The notes under the pieces are model-generated. The model did no database searches. It was not told the origin of the DNA and was given only the letters and a program-made list of their open reading frames with translations. A stretch of 64,000 bases of DNA from Sphyrna mokarran. Its lineage: Eukaryota. The DNA is taken from contig JAGIQG010000016.1 in the NCBI GenBank assembly GCA_024679065.1, positions 40,424,001 through 40,488,000 on the forward strand. Direction: 5' to 3'. Shown piece by piece: positions 25,440-38,770 of this stretch (the stretch's first letter is position 1; each line of letters begins with the position of its first letter). Made by a program: the position numbers and the translations under genes.

Positions 25440-27950
25440 AAACCACTTTTTAATTCAAGTTGATACTTTTATTTTGTGAACTTCATTTTCCTTCATCAGC
25501 CAGTTTTTTATATGGTGCTTTGTCCGATGCTTTGTTAAAATCCATATGAATAACCTCCCATCATCAAAAGTTAGATTAGTCACAATATTTGCCTCTATTT
25601 CCCCTTCTGTTTTTAAGATATTACCTGCCGCAAGTATTAAACTGACCAGCTTGTTGTAACTAGACTTGCCCTTGTACGTTTTGAGCAAAAGTGTCACATT
25701 TGCTGTATTACAATTCTCCTGCATCTTCCCTTTTATCTAAACAAGATTGAAAGGTTATGGTGAGCCTTTTTATTATCTCTATCCTTCTTTCCCAGGGGAG
25801 CCTGGGTAAACCATTTGTTAAGTTATATATTTTAAGCATAGCGAGCCATTCCAGTACATCCTACGTATTCATTTTCACCCCAAGTATTAACTCTACCATC
25901 TCCATTTCTATGTTTTTAGCATCCCCTTCCTTAGTAAATGCTGATACCAAGAATCCAAGCCATGTCCTGTGCGTCCAGGTATATATTGGCCCCTTTGTCT
26001 CTAATAGGCCATGGTAGCCTTTTGATTACTGGCTTACTCTTTACATGGGTTACTGGTAAGCTTTTAGGTTCCTGTTTTTATGTTGATTCCCATTTTACTC
26101 TCTTTGCTGCCACATTTTCTTCATTGTGCCCCTTTCAACTCTTTGTATTTGATCTTCTTCCTTGATAGTTCACCTGAAGAGAATAATATGCCCCCCCTCC
26201 CTTTTTTATGGTTTCATCAGATTCTCTTGCTCACTCTCAACATCTTTGAGCCCAGGCTTTGGTTCTTCCTACTATTCCTCTTGGAACATAATTAGTTTGT
26301 GTCTGAAGCATCTCCTCAAATATCCCCTACTGCTCCATTAGTTTTTTTTGTCAGTCTTTGGAGCCATCAGCTGGATTCTCCCTTGTCTCAATGATTAATC
26401 CCTAATTAGCCCTCTTCCAATTCAGAAGTCAGCTTTAGATTGGCTTTGCTCCTCTTCATTTGATGTGATGAGCACTCTTGCCCAACTCTGCCGGAATGTA
26501 GATACTCTGACTAGCATGATCCTCCCTCCTTATGTCCAAATTCAAAGTTTGAGATTTATTTATAATGCCACATGTAGGTTTACATTAACACTGCAATGAA
26601 TTTACTCTGACAGTTCCCTAATCACCACATTTGGATGCCTGTTTGGGTACATTAAGGGACAATTTAGCATGGCCAGTGCACCAAACCAGCACGTCATTCA
26701 GACTGTGGGAGGAAACTGGAGCATGTGGGGGAAACCCATGCAGTGATGAAATGTGTAAAGTCTGCACAGTCACCCAAGCTGAGAATCGAACCTGGACTCC
26801 TAACACTAAGGCAGCAGTACTAACCATTGTGCTGCCCAATGGCATTTTTTTCTGCCCTTCAAAAATGCCCTCTTTTAAACACAACAGTACCCTAATCAGC
26901 GCTGCCATCCTGCCACACTTGACTTCTGTAAGCACTTCATATCGTTGAGGTGATATTAAGCATCCTGTCCTTTTTTTTAATCCACATGTCAATTATTGCC
27001 ATTCCCATCACGTTTACACAGCTATTTGTGCTCATAGCTCTTTAGCTATATTCACCACTATTGTGAACCCATCTCTTTCCTCGTAGCCTTTCTTCGCCTG
27101 TTCTATCTAACCTAATAACATATCCAACTCTATATCCAATGTTCACACCTTTTTTAATGCACCTTATTCCATTTTTCTACTTTAAATACTACTGCCCCCC
27201 CCCCCCCCCCCCCCACTACCCTTACCAGTTTAGTTTTATGCCCTTCTCAACCGCAGTGGTGAATTTCTCCACATAAACTTTATTCTCTATCCAGTTGAGG
27301 TGCAACCTGCCCCTTTGGAAAAGGTACCTCCTGTCTCAGAACTGCTCTCAATACCCAAACATTCGAAACCTTCCCTTTTGCACCATTTCTGAAACTGTTT
27401 CCCGTGCTGTTTTGTTCTTTGTTCTTTGTACCTTGACCTTTCCTAACCTCCCCATACTCTTGCTAGTCTGTGGATTGGGAGTAATCAAATTTGAAAAGTA
27501 GGATCTGAAAAGGTACAACTTAAAATCTGACTGTAGGATATCAATGTCTACCACCTGTCAATGGTACCATTGCATACCACAACTCATTCCCTTCTCCCAG
27601 CAGAATATTTTGCACACATTCTGATATCCTTTACCTTATCACCAGAGAGGCAACATGCCATGTGGGACTCACCATAACACTTACAGAAATGCCTGTCTTT
27701 TCCCTAACTATGGATTCTTCTTTAACAGCTTCTTACACTTTGCTGTGTCCCTCCCATTGATGCCATGGTCTGGATTTTCAAGTGTTGTCACATACAGTAG
27801 TCTAAAATGCTGAGTACTAGTTTGAAGGTGGTCCACACTCCAAAACCTGCTGTACTTTCTGCCTCTTCCCTTTTGTTCCTAATGGTAACCAATCTCTTTG
27901 TCTGCCTATGGAGTCACCATCTCCTAGAATGCAGGATCTAGGGAGCACTT
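25440..27950 (-). mobile_element. Long degenerate CR1 (ORF2 then ORF1 relics) with nested SINE
   Basis: Minus peptide ANVTLLLK...YNKLVSLI, and ORF1-like segment at 27230-27950 similar to 14190-14890. Confidence 0.6.
26541..26838 (-). mobile_element. V-SINE, tail class B
   Basis: Full head, core and tail on the minus strand. Confidence 0.85.
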
Positions 27951-28086
27951 GGTCTCTCTGGTGCTTTGTAGCATTGGCAATAATTAATTTTCAGGATGTT
28001 TGAAGCTTCTGAATGAGACTCCAGAATTGTCCTAATTCTGCCAATATGTTATTGAAAACAACTTTATTTGAGCTGTATCATTACAG

Positions 28087-28203
28087 GTTGCAATTTTGAT
28101 CCCGTTCCGCAATCGTCATGAACATCTCCCAATCCTGCTGAGACATCTGATTCCAATGCTGCAGAACCAACGCTTACAGTTTGCTTTTTATGTTATTGAA
28201 CAG
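28087..28203 (+). CDS. B4GALT5: B4GALT5 coding exon 5 (VAILIPFRNRHEHLPILLRHLIPMLQNQRLQFAFYVIEQ)
   Basis: Acceptor ttacag, donor CAG|gtgagt; 117 nt. GT7 family IPFRNR motif. Confidence 0.97.
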
Positions 28204-29079
28204 GTGAGTGTTGACTTTAAAAAAAAAAAAAAAAAAATGTTTTATAGTTCATAGTTGTGGCGCAAGATTTTCAGCATATCCTCCTTGGATGTGAACCTTA
28301 ACAAATTTATAAATTGCTGATTGTTTGTCACTATCCAATACTGCAAAATATCTACCTTCGAGTCGAGCAGGCTGTGCATTCCATCATATCAAGATTCCAG
28401 TCTATCATTACTATTGCAATTGACCACTGTAAATTACAAGCTCTTTGTCAATTAGCAGTACATGTGGAAGTTTATTTTAAAGTTTGAATGTGTGAAGATG
28501 GGAGCAATCTTTGCTGCGACCTTTTAACAGAGTGCCACTAACCCTCACTGTTGAGGCTCATTAGTGATTAAAGTGGTATTTGGAAAAGTAAAGAAACTTC
28601 TAATAAAACAGATGAGACCCACTAAAGCTTTTGTATCATTCATTTCACTTACAGGATGTTAGTGACACTGGTTAGGCCAGCATTTATGGTCCATCCCTAG
28701 TTGCCATTCAAAACTGTTCACATGTTGCCTTCCAGGTACCTTGCTGCTACTACACAGTCAATGAGGAAAATATAAGCTTATTTTTTTATCTGAAAAGTTA
28801 AGATAGTTTTCTCTATACCAGCTTGGGGTTTGCACCCCTTAAGCAAATTTCTCAAACAAGAGCATAAAGAATGAAATTGGAGATGTTATTTTCTCTGTTC
28901 ACAAAGACCTGTATAATCAGCAATAAATAGTTTTAACATCAACTATTTTCATGCTGAGAACATTGCTTTCAAGTATTGTTTGCAGCTTACTGTGTTAAAT
29001 ATTTCGTAACATTTGATTCATCTTGTGGATGTGACTAACAGTTATCATTTTCATAGTGTGCATATTATAAACAATGATC

Positions 29080-29960
29080 TAAAATTGCTTATAATGGTAC
29101 CAAGTCAAAATTTAAAGATGACAGGAGAATAGTTTGATCAGAACTGTAAATGACTTTAGGAAGTGATGAACAGCATAGTTAATGGGGCAAATAGATATAA
29201 TGCAGGGAATTGCGAGATGACAGATTTTGAGTAAAAGGTTGGATAAAACATCTCAAGCAGAGAAATATCAGGATACAGTTAAACAACTATTTTGAAGATG
29301 GGGGCAATATCTGGATTTTAAATCCTGTAAATCACAGGATACAAAATCCAAATAATTTAAACTAATGTAATAAAGTTTGGATACAGTTTGAATACAATGT
29401 TAATTTTTAGCATTACTTTTGAAAAGATAATATCTTCTGCAGATGCAAATGCATTCATTATAATTGTAGAAGAGATGAGAAGCTTTAATTATACACAGAT
29501 AATAGAGCAAGGATTATATTCATTAGAAAGAAGGTTCTCAAGTGTTTGCAGTGCATTGGAAATACTATTTCCATTAATTGATGAATTTGTAATCTGAACA
29601 ATAAATATTAGGATCATTACCAAAAGTGTGAATCACAATCTCCAAATTGTTACAGCACAGGAGGAGATCATTGGCCTATTTTTGTTTCCACTTGCTTTCT
29701 CAATGAGCACTTCACCTATAGGTATTTTTCTGTCTTCTCCCCATAACCTTGCAGATTGTTTCATGTCAAATCATCAGCTGATTTCCTCTTGAATGCCTCA
29801 TTGGAATCTGCCTCCTCCACACTCTGACAGTGGATTCTATACCTTAATCACTGGGTGTGTGAGAACATTTTTCTTATGTTAGCGTTTGCTGCTTTAACCA
29901 GTTAGCATAAATTTGTCTCCCCGCCCAGTTTTTGATTTGCCCACCAATTTCTCCCTATCT
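29080..29960. mobile_element. Degenerate CR1 fragments (plus-strand RT relic, then minus-strand 3' end)
   Basis: Weak RT-like motifs; ACAGCACAGGAGGAG...TTGGCC tail at about 29650. Confidence 0.5.
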
Positions 29961-30409
29961 TAGGACTGATGTGATAAGTTTTTTTTAAACCTCAATTTTA
30001 TTAAAACATTAAATGAGAACCAGTAGAAGTAGTATAATGTATATAAAATTGGGACTGGAACCAAATCTTTGTACAGTTTCTCATACTAGAAAAATAGAAC
30101 CCTCCCTTTGGAGGAATGTTACAACAGGTATAAACTAAATTAATAAAACTGAAGTGGCAAATTCCAAAGTGACCATCTTGATGCGAGAAGAGGAGCTGTG
30201 TAACTGGGTATATAACACACTGGTTGGATCTGTAAGCTCTGTCTGTGCCAGTTTGCAGTGCTAGTGGGCAAGACCATATTTCTGATTCATTTTGGAAGGC
30301 AAGTCACACCCTATAGTTTGTCTGGAATGTGTTATTTGATTCTGTCTGCTGTAGAGTAATTCATGGTCTCTGCAATGTGCAATTTGATCCAGTCATTATC
30401 AGGTGGTTG

Positions 30410-30800
30410 GACGACCATACAAATTAGGAGCAGGAATAGGCCTCTTGATCTTTCAAACTTGCTCTGCCATTCAATCAGATCAAAGCTCTTCCGATTGTAA
30501 ACTCAACACTGCGTTCCTGCCTATCCTAGATAAGCTTTCACCCTCTCCCTTAAAATACTCAGTCTGCTTCCCCCATCTCTTCAGGAATAGATTTCTAGAG
30601 ACACTCAGCCACCTTGAGAGAAAACGTTTCTCCTCATTGGTCCTAACGACTTCTCATTTTATACAGTGGCCCCCCCCATACTAACCTTCCCATAAGAGGA
30701 AACGTTCGCTCCATGTCAACATCCTTCCTCAGGATCTTGTGTTTCAATCAAATAGCTTGTCCAAGTTTTCTTTCTTAAGACAACGCACCCACTCCAGGGA
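30410..30800 (-). mobile_element. CR1 3' end
   Basis: AATTAGGAGCAGGAATAGGCC...CTGCCATTCAAT reverse tail. Confidence 0.7.
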
Positions 30801-31254
30801 TTAGTTGGTTACTGTTCAAGGCTTGGGTCACTGTCTTTGTGGAGTAACTGGCTTCAGGCTCAACATGCTTTGGAGGTCCACATCTAGCTTTCTCTCCAGT
30901 TTATTGTCCAGATCTAGATGGTCCAAGTTGTATGCACAGAAGGACTTAATGGATGTGACTGCGGCTGGCCAGGCCAGTTTTTTTATTGCTCATCCAAGTT
31001 TAAAGAATAAAAAAAAAAATTGCATCTCGCAACTGAAATTGTGAAATGACACGTAAGCATTTAAAATTCAAAAATGGAATAAGTATCTAAATAGTTTAAG
31101 GCTTTTTAAAAGTTGTTTTGTAATTACAATCGTTGGTTGTGGGTAAAATTGAGCTTTGCAATAGAACGTACCTTGTGCAATGGTACACTTCTTCTTTTGG
31201 TTGATGAATTTGAATTTAAACCCAACACCCATCTGCTTGCACAGTGGATATAAA

Positions 31255-31435
31255 AGACTCATGGCATTATTAAGAGCCCTGATGTTCTGACCAATTTTTA
31301 TCCCTCAATCAACATCTTAAAATAAGACTATCTGGTCATTATTGTATTGTTTTTGGGAATTTGCTGTGTTTCCTGCAGTGACTAGATTAGACTAGATTGC
31401 TGAATACTGAAAAAAAAAGTGCAATTCTTTCTTTC
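31255..31435 (+). mobile_element. Deu-domain SINE relic
   Basis: CCAATTTTTATCCCTCAATCAACATC...TATCTGGTCATTAT. Confidence 0.6.
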
Positions 31436-31914
31436 ATACCTTACTGTTCTCTTGTACATACATCTATTTATTTGTGCCATTAATTGCAATGTGAATTGAA
31501 CTAAGGGGCAGGATTGTCTAGACCGTCAGCTGCATATTTCTTGGCAACTTGCTGTTCCTTGGTGGTGGGATTCTTTGCTTTCGCCACTCAATCTTATTGA
31601 AACCACACACCATAGGGAAATCTGCAGATTGGGTGTATTGCTGAAAGGACTAGAGAATCCTGCTGGCTTGAATGGCTGGAGAATTTTGATCAGTGTTCAT
31701 TGATGAACTTCACAGCAGAACTGTACTTTCTTTTCAGCAATGTTAACCAAAGTTTACAATGATTTCAGTAATTTTTTTCTATTCCATTTTCTGGTTTTTA
31801 ATATTGCACCATAAAGATGTCTTTATTTTAATGATAAGAGATATGTATAGTGTACAAAATTTTGAAATCAAGTAAGTAGAATGTGTCAAAATAGTCGAGA
31901 TTTTCTTTGAGCTC

Positions 31915-32186
31915 AAAAGTTTTTAAAGTTTATTTGTCAGAAGTAGGCTCATTGCAAAATGAAGTTGCTGTGAATATCCTCTAGTTACCACACTCCGGGT
32001 ACACTGAGGGAGAATTTGGAATAGCCATTGCAAGTAAACAGCACATCTTTTGGACTGTGGGAGGAAATTGGAGGAAATTCACACAGAAACGGGGGAGAAT
32101 GCAGATTCTACACACAGTGACCCAAGCTGAGAATCGAACCTAAGTCCCTAGCACTGAGGCAGCAGTGCTTGTAACTGTGCCGCCCC
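31915..32186 (-). mobile_element. V-SINE, tail class B
   Basis: Head, core and tail present; about 100 nt upstream of exon 6. Confidence 0.8.
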
Positions 32187-32290
32187 TTGTAAACAATTTT
32201 GTTGCAAGTGACTCAAAAGAATCCTTCCCAGTCTTAGCTGTTTAAAATTTTCTCATTGCTGGAGAAATGAACTGTTTTTCTCTCTTACAG

Positions 32291-32478
32291 GCTGGGTTTC
32301 AACCATTTAACCGTGCAATGCTCTTCAATGTTGGATTTCTGGAGGCTTTGAAAGACTTGGACTGGGATTGCATAATTTTTCATGATGTTGATCACATACC
32401 TGAAAATGATCGCAATTACTATGGTTGTGGACAGATGCCAAGGCACTTTGCAGCCAAGTTAGATAAATACATGTACCT
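32291..32478 (+). CDS. B4GALT5: B4GALT5 coding exon 6 (AGFQPFNRAMLFNVGF...FHDVDHIPENDRNYYGCGQMPRHFAAKLDKYMYL)
   Basis: Acceptor tcttacag, donor CT|gtacgt; 188 nt. FNRA motif and metal-binding DVD (DxD) motif. Confidence 0.97.
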
Positions 32479-32554
32479 GTACGTCCTAATGCTTAATCTG
32501 TGATAATCGATTAACCATAACTAGACATAGAACTGGAAAACAAACCTATTAAGG

Positions 32555-33477
32555 TAGAAGCATTGAAATAGGAGGAAGAGGAGGCCATTTGGCCCTTTGA
32601 ACCTATGCCACCATTCATTATGATCGTGCTGATCATCCAACTCAGTAGCCTAATCCTCCTCTTTCCCCATAATCTTTTTATCCCATTTGTTCTAAGTGCT
32701 ATATTCAGCCACCTTTTTAAATGCATTCAATGTTTGACATCAATTACTTCCTGCGGTAATGAATTCCACAGGCTCAACAGCCTGGGTGAAGAAAAGTCTC
32801 CTCACCTAAATGGTTTACCGTGAAACCTCAGACTATGACCCCTGGTTCTGGACTCCCTCACCATCAGGATCAGCCTCCCTTCATCTGTCTGCTTAGACCT
32901 GTTAGAATTTTATCAGTCTCTGAGATCTTCTCTCATTCATCTGAACTCCAGTGAAAGCAATCCTAACCTAATCAATCTCTCCTCCTACGTAAATCCCCCA
33001 TCCCTGGAATTAGCTTGGTAAACCTTTGCTGCAGTTCCTTGAGAGCAAGAACATCCTTCCTCAGAAAAGGAGACCAAAACTGCACGCAATACTCTAGATG
33101 TGGCCTCACCAAGGTCCTGTACAGTTGCAACAACATTATCCCTGTACTCAACCTTTTGCAACATGCCATTTACTGCCTGCTATATCAGCATAATTACTAA
33201 CCTGTATACTAACAGTGAATAACCTGACACTTGATCAAAATTATACTGCATCTGCCATTGATTAGTCCACTCACCCAACCTGTTCCAGATCATTCCGAAG
33301 GATCTCTGCATCCTTGTCACAGTTCACCCTCGCACCCAACTTGGTATTATCTGCAAACTTTGAGATGTTATGTTTTGTTCCCTCATACAAATCATTAATA
33401 TATGTTGTGAATAGCTGGGGTCCCAGCACCGATCCCTGTGGCACCCCACTATTGACTGCCTGCCAATTTGAAATTCC
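32555..33477 (-). mobile_element. 5'-truncated CR1 LINE filling most of intron 6
   Basis: Peptides SGVPQGSVLGPQLFTTYINDL...ISKFADNTKLG and LYRTLVRPHLEYCVQFWSP. Confidence 0.9.
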
Positions 33478-33759
33478 TACTCTTTTCGTAAAGCTTTGTG
33501 AAACTCCAGAAAACCTGTATTTTGAATTGAGTTCTTCAGAAAGCTCTAAGCAAGGGGCTCGTTCTGATAGCCATCTTACACTTCTGTGTAAGATCATTGA
33601 GAAAGTCATAAAAAGTTGGCAGTGACTCTTGTTGGTTGCTCTGGTGAATTAGTACTCCAATGCGTAATAGACACATCCCGGTTCAATCATCGTCTTCCTT
33701 CAACTGCAACTGTTTAGACCCCTCCATCTTTTTTTAATAGTTCTGTCTTTTTTCTACAG

Positions 33760-33882
33760 ACTTCCTTACAATGAATTTTTTGGTGGAGTGAGTGGATTAA
33801 CAGTGGAACAATTTAGGAAAATTAATGGATTCCCGAATGCTTTCTGGGGTTGGGGAGGTGAAGACGATGATCTCTGGAAAAG
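33760..33882 (+). CDS. B4GALT5: B4GALT5 coding exon 7 (LPYNEFFGGVSGLTVEQFRKINGFPNAFWGWGGEDDDLWK)
   Basis: Acceptor tttctacag, donor AG|gttagt; 123 nt. Catalytic WGWGGEDDD motif intact. Confidence 0.97.
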
Positions 33883-35199
33883 GTTAGTTGGGCACAACAC
33901 AATTATGTGTTGTATCTAAGTTTGTACATCTGTCACTATACCAGACTGCATTTCATATAGATAGAATTAGTGTATTCAAATGAACACTATGTTGAATGTG
34001 ATTTTGCTTGACTTGGATTCCTACAGCAAGAACAAGTGAATTTGAATTTATATCTTTAAAACATTCCAAAGAGTTTCACAGCCAGTGAACTGTGTTAATG
34101 TGTGTATGGACAGATCAAACGTTCATAAATATATTGGGCCTGAAAATCTTAGAGTTGCATTGCTGTTGGAAATGTGGTGTTGCAGGTTTCTAACAGGCAG
34201 TTTACTCTGAGGTTGATTGTCCTGAATCCTTTGGGGCATGATCATTTAGAAAATCTATGGTGCATTTTGGGTGCCTGCCCTGATGTAGGCAAAACTTCCA
34301 TCCCCACAACTTCTCCTGGAAGGTTTGGGGGAAGCCAGTGCACTAATTTGGCCAAACACACAGCAGTAATGTGAAAGAATTATTGATCGTGGAGGCAGCT
34401 CCTTTTCCTTGAGCTGATCAAACACGTTCAAGAAACTGGCATTGTAGATCCCACCACTTCTATCAGCAAGATAACCTGGGAGCGTAAATATGCCTGTTCT
34501 GTGCAAGTACACTCTTTCGACATTGCGGGGTTGGGTGCTGAGGAGAACAAACTGCTGGAGTTAATGGTGGCTCATGCCACCCCAAATTGACCACCTTGTC
34601 TGACCACACAGTGAGTGTGGCCGATGCAAGAAGTATATGCCAAAATAATCTCTGCGTTTAAAATAAAACATAATTAATCTTGTAGCTTATCTTTCCAAAT
34701 TCTGCCCGTCCCTCAATCTGCCCAAATCTTGCATCTTGAAGACCTAGGAAATTTGGGACTGAAATTTTTATGAAAGATAATAAAAGATTTAATAATTGAT
34801 GCATTCATGTGTGTTACCCCTACAAAGTACAAATATTGTAATTGTGGCGTTGGTAGCTTTCTGATTGAGATAGATGAAAATAAGAAGTTGTTGTTTGTAC
34901 GTTGAAGTAATTTAACTTGTCATAAGCTCTAGCAGCTGACTTTTAGGTATTTTCCTAAAAAAATACATATTTTTGTGTACGATTGATTTATTCTTTAAAG
35001 AAGCTGAACAGTTCAGACTGCAATGCACTCACCAACTACGAATCTTTCCCCATCTCCTACCACTTAAATTTATTTTTTTCCATGCATCAAGGTGGCAATT
35101 TGGAGGACCTCCAATGTAGTGCTTTCTTTTCACGCAGAAAACCATTCTTGGTGCTGCATAAGAAATTGTTTCCTTTAACTGAGGTACTTAGAACATGGG

Positions 35200-36090
35200 G
35201 CTAAGCCTCATAATGAAGACTACAATGGGAAATTTCTTCTCCGACGGTCATGAATCTTTGGCATTATGTGGCCAGGAAAATTGTCAAAGTGCCACCAGCA
35301 AATATGTTTGAGACTGGGATTGATAGAACCTTGATCTCTTAGAGAATGAAATGATATGGGGAGGGGCAAGCAAGAAAGTTTTGGGTTGAGGCAAAAGCTC
35401 AACCGGAATTGTATTGAATGTGAATCGTGCTTGAGAGGAGCACTCTTCTATTTTAACATGTTGATGCAGTGAAAGGATAGTAAAAGAAGCTAGACCCAGA
35501 AGAGTAGAGTTTGGAGGAGTAAATAAATAAGGCTGCAAGGTTATAAATCTAGTCAGATTAAAACATTGAGAGATTTGAATACAATAATGGAAGTTTGTCT
35601 TTTGATCTCCCAATATCTCAAAATTAAACTTGGATCAGCACAAACTTAGATGATGGACAAGAGAGCAATGTGTGAAATACAGCCCATGCAAGAGTTTTAC
35701 GTGAGCTGAAATTTAAGAAGGTTGAAGTGTAGGTGACCAGACTGAGTTCATTGGGTTGAAAGGTTTGGATGTGACACTTTATCTGTCAGGGGTAAGATCA
35801 AATTTTTTTTTTTAGTACAGTGAATTTGGAATTTTAAATAGAAATTAGGTTGAAATAGTCTGGTTTATTTTGAGGTGATCAGTGGGAGAGGCTGGAATTA
35901 GTAATAAGATTATGAAGTTTGATGTTGGAGCTGGAACTACAGCTAGGAACTGTAGGTGTTCCTATTGTTTCACTGAACTACTACATACGGTTCCTTTAGA
36001 ACTGGAAGTCCAAAGATAGCACCATTTTCTGATTACTAAGTGCCACCACTATATGATAGAAGCTGACTCCTGATGTACAAACGAGGAAGA
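35200..36090. mobile_element. CR1 3' end (+) followed by an L2-like relic (-)
   Basis: CR1 tail to about 35455; then degenerate L2-like C-terminal sequence. Confidence 0.5.
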
Positions 36091-36092
36091 AG

Positions 36093-36376
36093 AGAATCAT
36101 AGAATCCCTACGGTGCTGTATATTCAGCCTATCAAGTCTGCACTGATAACAATCCCATCAGACCTTATCCCCTTAACCCCACGTCCCCCGACACTAAGAG
36201 TCAATTTAGCATGGCCAATTAACTTAACCCTCATCTGTTTGTCTATGGGAGGAAATCAAAACATCTGGAGGAAACCCATGCAGACATGGGGAGAATGTAC
36301 AAACTCTACACAGACAGTGATCCAAGCTCAATCAAACCTGGTCCCTGGCGCTGTGAGGCAGCAGTGCCAACCACTG
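36093..36376 (-). mobile_element. HE1-like V-SINE, tail class A
   Basis: AGAATCATAGAATCCCTAC tail, core, head. Confidence 0.85.
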
Positions 36377-36507
36377 GGCTAGTAAGCCAGAGGGTGGAAA
36401 GTGTGCTCCTTCCTGATGTCTGAAGAATTTGGAAGAGCATTGTTACTGGCAATGCTCTGGCTACAGTCAGATTGCTGAGAATAGAACCAAGAATGAGGAA
36501 TATTAGA

Positions 36508-36722
36508 TGAGTTTCCTCCCACACTCCAATGACGTGCAGGTATGGTGGGTACATGTTGCTCAATTACCACTTATTGCCTCAAGATTTGTAGGGTTGGGAG
36601 ATTAGAAGGGTAAACACATAAGGTTGTGGGATAGGGCCTGGATGGGAAGTTTTGTTGGCTAGTCAGTGCAAACCCAATAGGCTGAAAGGCTTCTTTCTGC
36701 ACTGTAGGGATTCAATGATTTT
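36508..36722 (+). mobile_element. HE1-like V-SINE, headless 3' part
   Basis: GTTTCCTCCCACACTCCAA...CTGCACTGTAGGGATTC. Confidence 0.8.
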
Positions 36723-38589
36723 GTGACTTCTGAGCTAATAAAGGTATCAAAGAGTGTGATTTACAACTTTGAAAACTGCACAAAAACTAGCATCTTATAT
36801 AGCAACTATAGTATCATGTCCCAGCAGTTTCTCAAAAGATAATTATGAAATTGAGCTGAGACTCTCGGGGGGTGCTGGGACTGCTTTGGGCTATGGGGGC
36901 GGGTGGGAGGCTAATGATCAGGTGGTGAGGGTGTCACATGGCTGGCAATGCAGGGTCCTGGCGCTGGCCAGCGATCGGGAGACTGGTAATGCAGGACTGG
37001 TCTCAATACTGACAGGTTGGTGTCTATGCAGTGGTCTGCTCAGCACTGTTATCAGTCTCACCAGCCGGAGTAAGCCCTGCCCACTGATTTACAGTGTGAT
37101 TCACTGTCATGCAGTGTTGGAGATTCATTTTGAAAGTCCCTGCTGGAAGGAAAAGCAGCATGATTTGCACCAGTTTTTATGCAAATTCATGACTAGTTTT
37201 AAGAAGCATCTTTTAAAGGATAAGAGAGAGGAAGACAGAGAGCTTTAGGGGGAATCCAGAGCATGAAGCCGAAGTGGGATAATAACTTCTGGCAGATTTG
37301 TAAGGAATGTCATTTTTGAGTTCATTAGAATAAGTTTGGAATTGTGGCAGGAATAGAAACCAAATTGGAGAGTTTTAAATGCAATTGAGTGAGAGAGGTA
37401 GTCACAGATCTGGAAGGCAAGAATCATGTAGAGGAAAGGAATATGTCCCCAAGCAGGTAGTTCATCCAGGACAAGGCTTGCCCATTGCACTTTGGGTGTG
37501 TTGAATGCCTGCGATATCCCCAAATACTCAACTGCAAAATTTATGAGAGTGGGGGATTGTGTTCTCGCTCTCCCCTGGCTTTGCAAACAAAAATAGAACT
37601 GGTTCCAAAAAGGGGAGCTGGAATAATTCCATTAAAGCTATCGTAGTTATAATCCAGTAGATTCCAAGCTGGAATGTATACTAATTTCTGCCTCGACTTG
37701 ATTGTATCCTAAGAAGCATGTGACTCTTTAAAACTACCCTGGAGCACAAAAATGTGACCAAACATACCAAGGTGATAAACCTTCTTTCCATTACTGTATG
37801 ATGTATAGCACAGCTCCATCATTGCTACTATTCCATTGGAAACTCTTTCAGTAGCTTAAATTTTAATCACATACCCAGTATGCTGCAGCTTGAAAGAAAA
37901 ATTCAAATATTGGTATAACGTTTAAGCTCCATCGAGAATTCCCCCTCTTGTAGCATATTGTAGTACTAAAAATAAAACATCCAATTAATCCTACATCCTC
38001 ACTACAAGGTAAGGTGTTGCACACTGCTTTTTATTTGTGTAAAATAATTGATTTATTGAAGCAATTTAGTGATTAAAGGAAAACAAAGTTCAAAAGTCAG
38101 GTCATGCTAATGCTTGTTATTCGAGCTTTTGTATTTTACTGGATAGTCTTGCCAGGAACATTAGTTTTAAATCTTTTTTCAATGTTGACAATCCTCCTGT
38201 ATATACAGAATGTTTAAATTTATATTTCTAGCATTCGCAGTTTGATTATTAAGAGTTTGTCAGATTTCAGCTGGTTTTCATTCTAAGTTGTGGAATATAA
38301 TGCTGTCTGCTCCCATTGCCAAGGGCCAAGAAGAGGGTTTGTGAAGCAGGTTTGACCTCCCATAGCGTTCAATTTTGATTAAGCTACTTGCAGTGATGCT
38401 ATATGAAGCCTAGGTACTTATTCCCATGCACAAGAGGGGGAATACTAGATGCAGAGTAAGTGTTATATTGACACTTGAATTTTTCTCCTGAGCTGAAATG
38501 TGGTGGGTATATTATGCAAGCAGCAAGTTCTGCTTATGCATTTGTATAACTGTTTAAAGAGTCCAGATATCTTGTTAGAAGTGAACATA

Positions 38590-38770
38590 GACATTAGGAA
38601 GCAAAGTGGGCAAATTCAGCCCTTTGAGCCTGCTCTGCTATTCAATCAGATCACGACTGATCTCCCTCGTCTCAAGTCCAACTCCCTTCCTGTCCCCCAT
38701 ATCCCTCTCCTTTCTTTTTATTAGAGTTATGTCTATTGTCCTCTTGAAACCATTCAACTACTTGGGCTCT
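38590..38770 (-). mobile_element. CR1 3' end
   Basis: TTAGGAAGCAAAGTGGGC...CAGCCCTTTGAGCCTGCTCTGC. Confidence 0.7.

Noticed and set aside
27195-27214. C20 run as a G-quadruplex element
   Set aside because: An expanded homopolymer inside a CR1 relic; no sign of function, and its length may be an assembly artefact.
28219-28237. A19 run just after the exon 5 donor as a retrocopy tail
   Set aside because: No element body or TSD; a simple homopolymer that could cause oligo-dT mispriming.
32479-32490. U12-type (minor) intron donor at intron 6 (GTACGTCCT)
   Set aside because: Does not match GTATCCTT; GTACGT is an ordinary major-class donor and the acceptor has a normal pyrimidine tract.
36769-37248. 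159-aa intronic ORF
   Set aside because: Crosses GC-rich repeat and L2-like relic sequence; no recognisable domain or splice context.
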